Positions 7,537-11,579 of a stretch of 11,579 nucleotides of DNA are shown here, piece by piece; position 1 is the stretch's first letter, and every line of letters starts with the position of its first letter. The notes below the pieces were generated by a model that saw only the letters and a list, made by a program, of their open reading frames with translations, was not told the DNA's origin and ran no database searches. Source of the DNA: Acidobacteriota bacterium (GTDB taxonomy: Bacteria; Acidobacteriota; UBA6911; JACQSX01); the NCBI GenBank assembly GCA_036507075.1, contig DASXQR010000203.1:1-11579 (forward strand), in the 5' to 3' direction. The translations under genes were made by a program, and so were the position numbers.

Positions 7537-8346
7537 TTAGCGACGCGGCCGGCTGCGCTGCTGGGCTGCCTTTTCGACCAGTCGTCGCAGCTCTTTGATT
7601 GGTTCGGGATTATCATCGACCTGCAATCTCAGAACCACGTCGTTGTGCAGCCATGGACCTCCATCTTTTTTGACAATCAACATCGCCGCCGATTGCATGC
7701 CGCGAGTATCGCCTCCAACTGCCTGCCCGGCCTCGATTGCAGCCAGGAGACGAAAGGATAGGTGCCCTTCGGTACTCTCGAAGACCTCTACCATTTTGTT
7801 CACTACTTCTTCGCCCGCCAGAATATTGCCCTGGGCTGTGCAGTATTTCCCTATCTTATGGCCTGCCCACGTGGTAGCTTTCGGCCCGGTAAATGCAGCC
7901 GCTTCCCCCTTGGCGTTCAGAACAGCAAACTGGCGGCCTTGTTTGGACCAGTTTTGTGGTCGCGGATCAGGATCTCCTTCCCAGATCTTCTTAATGATGT
8001 CCCTCGGAGTACCGCCGTTCCTGAGCAACACCAACGCCTCCGGGCCATACCCGACATCCACAACCGCCTGAGTCGCTACCGCCCCAACACCTGCTTCAGC
8101 CCAAAGCACGCCGTTTCCCACAGAAAAGACCCGCGACTGCACCGCTCCACCTATCTCACCCATGGCCGGATCGAAACCAAGGATCGAAAATGTTGCAATG
8201 GGATCCCCGAAAATGGGGACAGTCCCCAATTGCAATGCGGGTCTGCCCCCGGTCTTCTCCTTGTCTCCATTTTTCTCCTGCGTTTTGGGTAATACCGACG
8301 GATTTAAGAGCATTAGGAAGTACAGGATCATGACTGTCCTGTGCAT
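7537..8346 (-). CDS. DUF1028 family protein (Ntn-hydrolase-like fold), secreted
   Basis: 269 aa. GAGGTG RBS. Hydrophobic leader, then the family-typical 'ATFSI...GGAVQSRVFSVGNGVLWAEAGVGAVATQA', 'AQGNILAG', 'GGDTRGMQSAA', 'LQVDDNPEPIKELRRL'. Confidence 0.9.
   Translation of the reverse strand: MHRTVMILYFLMLLNPSVLPKTQEKNGDKEKTGGRPALQLGTVPIFGDPIATFSILGFDPAMGEIGGAVQSRVFSVGNGVLWAEAGVGAVATQAVVDVGYGPEALVLLRNGGTPRDIIKKIWEGDPDPRPQNWSKQGRQFAVLNAKGEAAAFTGPKATTWAGHKIGKYCTAQGNILAGEEVVNKMVEVFESTEGHLSFRLLAAIEAGQAVGGDTRGMQSAAMLIVKKDGGPWLHNDVVLRLQVDDNPEPIKELRRLVEKAAQQRSRPRR
8211..8231. repeat. GGGGAC-A-GTCCCC palindromic repeat copy inside the DUF1028 coding sequence
   Basis: AAATGGGGACAGTCCCCAATT has the same core as the intergenic clusters. 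It encodes 'LGTVPIF' on the minus strand. Confidence 0.85.
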
Positions 8347-8461
8347 TGGTCACCTCACATGCGGGTCGCAAGTTGCGACAAACCTCGTGCAACAGAAGAA
8401 CGGCTCACAACCAAAAGACGTTTGTCGAGAGGGGCGCCCTCCCTCCCCGCAAAGGTCAGGA

Positions 8462-8612
8462 GAACCTTAATAGGGGACAACCTTAATAGGGTAATAGGGG
8501 ACAGTCCCCATTTGAACCTTAATAGGGGACAGTCCCCATTGAACCTTAATAGGGGACAGTCCCTATTTGGGCACCATTTGGGCACGTAATAGGGGGCCTG
8601 TCCCCATTTTGG
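8462..8612. repeat. Tandem cluster of GAACCTTAATAGGGGACAGTCCCCATT units (REP-like palindromes) with truncated and degenerate copies
   Basis: Partial units at 8462-8478 and 8479-8491. Palindrome-containing units at 8492-8513, 8514-8540 and 8541-8567. ATTTGGGCAC duplicated at 8565-8585. Degenerate GGGGGCCTGTCCCC at 8592-8605. Confidence 0.9.
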
Positions 8613-8892
8613 CAGAATAGTACGGTAAGACAGTGCCAATCAGATCATCACTGGTGATCCACGCGCAAGCTGCGGCTACATGAGATACTGTCGGGCATCC
8701 ATGAACTCATACCGTTCCAGTGCGAGGGTACCAATTCCGAGAGCTGTGGTGTTGTTCTTATGCATCATCGTGGAGGGCTCGCTCACGGCGCAAACGGCGG
8801 CCATGGAAACCACCGGACACCGGTTCGCCCAACCCAAATCCCGCCCTCGGCGCCGTCCTTAAATAAAGTCGAAAGTCAAAAAGTCGTGCGCC

Positions 8893-8968
8893 TTAAATGG
8901 GGGACTGTCCCCTTTTTGAATTAAATGGGGGACTGTCCCCTTCTTGAATTGGGGACTGTCCCCTTTTT
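8893..8968. repeat. Second cluster: three GGGGACTGTCCCC palindromes in 28-bp tandem units
   Basis: TTAAATGGGGGACTGTCCCCTTTTTGAA (8893-8920), TTAAATGGGGGACTGTCCCCTTCTTGAA (8921-8948) and TTGGGGACTGTCCCCTTTTT (8949-8968). The central base is T, versus A in the intact units of the first cluster. Confidence 0.9.
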
Positions 8969-9034
8969 CTGTCATATGGTTGGGTTTGTTGAGTCACTAA
9001 TAGAATGTCCGCTCAGATCAGACGAGAGGATGGG

Positions 9035-9547
9035 ATGGATGATGCGGAATTGCGGGCACAATTGGAACGCCATCACTGCGCCAGCTTTGGCTGGGCGCTC
9101 GCGTGTTGTCGACATGATGCCAAAGAAGCGGAGAACACTTTGCAAACCGCGTATCTGAAGATTCTGGAGAAGAAGGCGGTCTTTCATGGCAGGGCGACTT
9201 TCAAGACCTGGCTTTTTGCAGTGATCCGGAGGACCGCCAGCGAGTCGCGCAGACTCAGCCTCTTCCGGAGCCTGGGTTTGGTCCGCTACTGGAGAGCCGG
9301 AATGCAAAGGGAACGGGTGGAGGATCCAGCCGAAGTGACGCATCGTTCAGAAATTCAATCACTGTTCAGACAGGCGTTCGCTGGTTTGCCCCAGCGCCAG
9401 CGGGAAGTGCTGCACCTGGTGTTCTACCAGGATCTCTCGATAGCCGAAGCAGCAGGTGTGCTGGGAATCTCCCTGGGCACCGCCCGGGTTCACTACGAAC
9501 GGGGCAAAAGACAACTTCGTGACCGAATGGAGGCGACCCGTCACTGA
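9035..9547 (+). CDS. ECF-subfamily RNA polymerase sigma-70 factor
   Basis: Region 2 'EAENTLQTAYLKIL...FHGRATFKTWLFAVIRR' and region 4 'LPQRQREVLHLVFYQDLSIAEAAGVLGISLGTARVHYERGKRQLR'. Start chosen at ATG 9035 (GAGAGG at 9024-9029). In-frame ATG 9005 is the alternative, but it overlaps a TAGAAT -10-like box. Confidence 0.92.
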   Translation: MDDAELRAQLERHHCASFGWALACCRHDAKEAENTLQTAYLKILEKKAVFHGRATFKTWLFAVIRRTASESRRLSLFRSLGLVRYWRAGMQRERVEDPAEVTHRSEIQSLFRQAFAGLPQRQREVLHLVFYQDLSIAEAAGVLGISLGTARVHYERGKRQLRDRMEATRH

Positions 9548-9930
9548 TGAGCGGCCAATGGCAAGACCAGCAGCTCCGAGAGCACTTTCAGGAGCTCAGG
9601 CGCGATGAGACCGGCTCCGCTCCCTCTTTCTCCGTGACATGTGCGGCGGCGTACGCGAAGAACAGGGACTTCGGCCGGGCAATGCTCAAGTGGCGCCTTG
9701 CGGCCGTGGCAGCGGTTGCACTGCTTCTTGTTGTCGCATCTGTTTTCTTACTGCAGCGACCCTGGCCCAGGGGGTCAGAAGAGGCAAAAATGGCGAGTCT
9801 GTCAGATTGGAGATCCCCTACCGAGTGGTTACTCCAAACACCTGGTCGGCAACTACTCAAGAGCGTTCCCAAGCTCGGCGAGCCGCTGATGCGTTTTGAA
9901 AGCGCTCCAATGGAAGGAAAGACCAAATGA
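9547..9930 (+). CDS. Putative single-pass membrane anti-sigma factor
   Basis: 127 aa. TGATG overlap with the sigma gene. One TM helix 'WRLAAVAAVALLLVVASVFLL' and a short extracytoplasmic tail 'SLSDWRSPTEWLLQTPG'. Function is inferred from position and topology. Confidence 0.75.
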   Translation: MSGQWQDQQLREHFQELRRDETGSAPSFSVTCAAAYAKNRDFGRAMLKWRLAAVAAVALLLVVASVFLLQRPWPRGSEEAKMASLSDWRSPTEWLLQTPGRQLLKSVPKLGEPLMRFESAPMEGKTK

Positions 9931-10475
9931 TATCTCAGTCTGCTTTGGTGGTGGTCGCAGCATGGAGAGTCCGCTTGCTTACGCGCGCGGCTCGGATTTC
10001 TGTGTGGCTATGTAGAGTCCGCTTGCTTACGCGCGCGGCTCGGATTTCTGTGTGGCTCTTGACCCCGATCATATGCCTGTCAATGTTCGCTCCACGTGTT
10101 CGGGCGCAGCAGCCCGACGATCCGCTGCGCGACAGTTTGTTTCCGCCCGAACTTGTGATGCAGCACCAGCAGGCAATCGGCCTGTCAGACGAGCAAAAGA
10201 ATTTTTTCAAGGCCGAGCTGCGCCAGGCCCAACTGCACTTTACCGAGTTGCAGTGGAAGGTTCAGGACGAAATGGAGAAGCTCGTCGCGATGATGAAGCT
10301 GGCCAGGATCGACGAGCAACAGGCAACAGCGCAATTGGAGAAGGTCCTGGGCGTGGAAAGAGACATCAAGCGGACGCAGTTGACCTTGATGATTCGCCTG
10401 AAGAACAAGCTCACCGCCGAGCAACAGAGCCGGCTGCAGGAGCTGCGGAACAAGGCTGCCGGGAAACGGGAGTGA
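9927..10475 (+). CDS. Spy/CpxP-like (LTXXQ motif) periplasmic protein / periplasmic heavy-metal-sensor-like
   Basis: 182 aa. ATGA overlap with the upstream gene and GGAAGG RBS. Helical, Q/E/K-rich, with 'IGLSDEQK' and 'KLTAEQQSRL' motifs. Long N-terminal leader ending 'VRA/QQP'. Confidence 0.82.
   Translation: MISQSALVVVAAWRVRLLTRAARISVWLCRVRLLTRAARISVWLLTPIICLSMFAPRVRAQQPDDPLRDSLFPPELVMQHQQAIGLSDEQKNFFKAELRQAQLHFTELQWKVQDEMEKLVAMMKLARIDEQQATAQLEKVLGVERDIKRTQLTLMIRLKNKLTAEQQSRLQELRNKAAGKRE
9966..10057. repeat. 48-bp-period in-frame tandem duplication containing a hairpin (REP-like) element
   Basis: AGAGTCCGCTTGCTTACGCGCGCGGCTCGGATTTCTGTGTGGCT is identical at 9966-10009 and 10014-10057, giving RVRLLTRAARISVWL twice. 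The minus strand reads CCGAG-CCGC-GC-GC-GTAA-GC-AA-GCGG, an imperfect stem with a GTAA loop. Confidence 0.92.
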
Positions 10476-10478
10476 AAT

Positions 10479-11579
10479 ATGTCCATACCTGCTCGATTCT
10501 TTCTGTTCTGTGTCCTGTTGATCTTGATTGGCGCGCCGAGCGCCGCTTCAGCGCCGTCTAGATGCTGGGAACCGGATCGTCGCCTGACCTCCGATCCAGG
10601 GGCTTCACAACTCAGCTTCAACTTTGCCTGGAGTGTTGCCGCCGATGAGGGCAATAGAATTCACGTCGTGTGGCACGACGATCGCGATGGCGCCTCGCAG
10701 ATTTACTACAAACGCTCCGATGACGACGGCGCAAGCTGGGGACCGGACACCCGGCTGTCGAGCGATCCGGCGCCAAAGGAACACCCGGCCATCGCGGTAT
10801 CCGGATCTTCTGTCTACGTTGTCTGGCACGACATGCGGAACCGGAATCTGGACATCTATTTCAAGCGGTCGCTCGACGGCGGGACGTCCTGGGAGCAGGA
10901 AAATCGCCTGTCGATTGGAAATCCAAGAGGCTCGGCCCACGCTTCCATCGCGGCTGCGCACTCCAACGTGTATGTTGTCTGGGGCGATCACCGGGACGGG
11001 GATCAGGCTGAGATTTACTTCCGTGCGTCTTATGACGGCGGGACGACCTGGGGAGAAGAAACCCGGATTTCCGAGCTTCCGTTTGACTCGTGGGTGCCGA
11101 CTGTCACGGCTTCCGGTTGGAATGTCTACGTGGCATGGGTGGATACGCGCGATGGAAACGAAGAGGAGTATTTCCGGCGCTCGACAGATGGGGGTCTAAG
11201 CTGGGCACCGGTGGCGCGTCTGACCGATCAGGCGGCAAATTCCTGGGCGCCTTCTCTGGCAGCTTCCGGCGACACCGTCCACATGGTTTGGTTCGATCAA
11301 CAGGACAGCCCGGTGCAGCCGCAGGAAGCGGAGAACAAGCTGAATGAGGCAATGGACCTGCTTGGGTTGAAATACGAACCGGTGCCGTCTGGAGTGATGG
11401 TAATTCATCCGGAAGAAGCTGCGAAACGACGCGCCACTGAGAAGCTTCAGCTCATCCAAATGGAAGCTCCCGCATGGGTCGCCAGAGGCGGAGACGCCGC
11501 TGGACTTCAAATGCTGCTCAAAGAGTTTGCAGAGCTGGCAGCACAGGGCGCCAGTTACATGGCAAAGGAGCGCAAGCTG
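10479..11579 (+). CDS. Secreted Asp-box (BNR) repeat beta-propeller protein, sialidase-like fold (partial, runs off right edge)
   Basis: Translated by hand. ATG 10479, 3 nt after the upstream stop, with GGGAG RBS. Open for 367 codons to the window end. Signal peptide MSIPARFFLFCVLLILIGAPSAASA. Four Asp boxes (SDDDGASW, SLDGGTSW, SYDGGTTW, STDGGLSW) in repeats of the form 'V(H/Y)VVWxDxRxG...IYFxRSxDGGxxW'. Confidence 0.9.
   Translation, partial: MSIPARFFLFCVLLILIGAPSAASAPSRCWEPDRRLTSDPGASQLSFNFAWSVAADEGNRIHVVWHDDRDGASQIYYKRSDDDGASWGPDTRLSSDPAPKEHPAIAVSGSSVYVVWHDMRNRNLDIYFKRSLDGGTSWEQENRLSIGNPRGSAHASIAAAHSNVYVVWGDHRDGDQAEIYFRASYDGGTTWGEETRISELPFDSWVPTVTASGWNVYVAWVDTRDGNEEEYFRRSTDGGLSWAPVARLTDQAANSWAPSLAASGDTVHMVWFDQQDSPVQPQEAENKLNEAMDLLGLKYEPVPSGVMVIHPEEAAKRRATEKLQLIQMEAPAWVARGGDAAGLQMLLKEFAELAAQGASYMAKERKL

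Noticed and set aside
7428..7616. Longer 128-aa version of the antitoxin
   Set aside because: It overlaps the DUF1028 3' end and spans the predicted promoter. The 65-aa form fits VapB size.
8341..8639. ORFs 8341..8589 (+) and 8355..8639 (-), and similarly 8925..9158 (+)
   Set aside because: They are translations of the palindromic repeats (GDSP/GDCP/GTVP peptides) rather than plausible genes.
8462..8968. CRISPR array interpretation of the 27-28-bp palindromic repeats
   Set aside because: Units are directly adjacent with no unique spacers, and there are no cas genes in the window.
10605..11510. Short ORFs in the track at the right end
   Set aside because: Alternative-frame or antisense shadows of the Asp-box protein starting at 10479.

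Overview
Bacterial chromosomal window. An Acidobacteriota-like origin is inferred from the large carboxypeptidase-regulatory-domain TonB-dependent receptors and the repeat types, not proven. Left to right: two tandem minus-strand TonB-dependent outer-membrane receptors (the first runs off the left edge); a multi-hairpin GTAG-type REP/REPIN-like element; a divergent secreted M14 (AstE/AspA-family) metallo-hydrolase; a vapBC-type toxin-antitoxin pair with a probably leaderless promoter; a secreted DUF1028 (Ntn-hydrolase-like) gene; a repeat-rich intergenic region with two clusters of GGGGAC(A/T)GTCCCC palindromes; and a coupled operon of ECF sigma factor, membrane anti-sigma, Spy/CpxP-like periplasmic protein and an Asp-box (BNR) beta-propeller protein (runs off the right edge). 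The most unusual signal is three distinct families of short palindromic REP-like elements with no transposase in the window. Two of them sit in frame inside the N-terminal leader regions of secreted proteins. Several short exact tandem duplications also occur (26, 27-28, 48 and about 11 bp).
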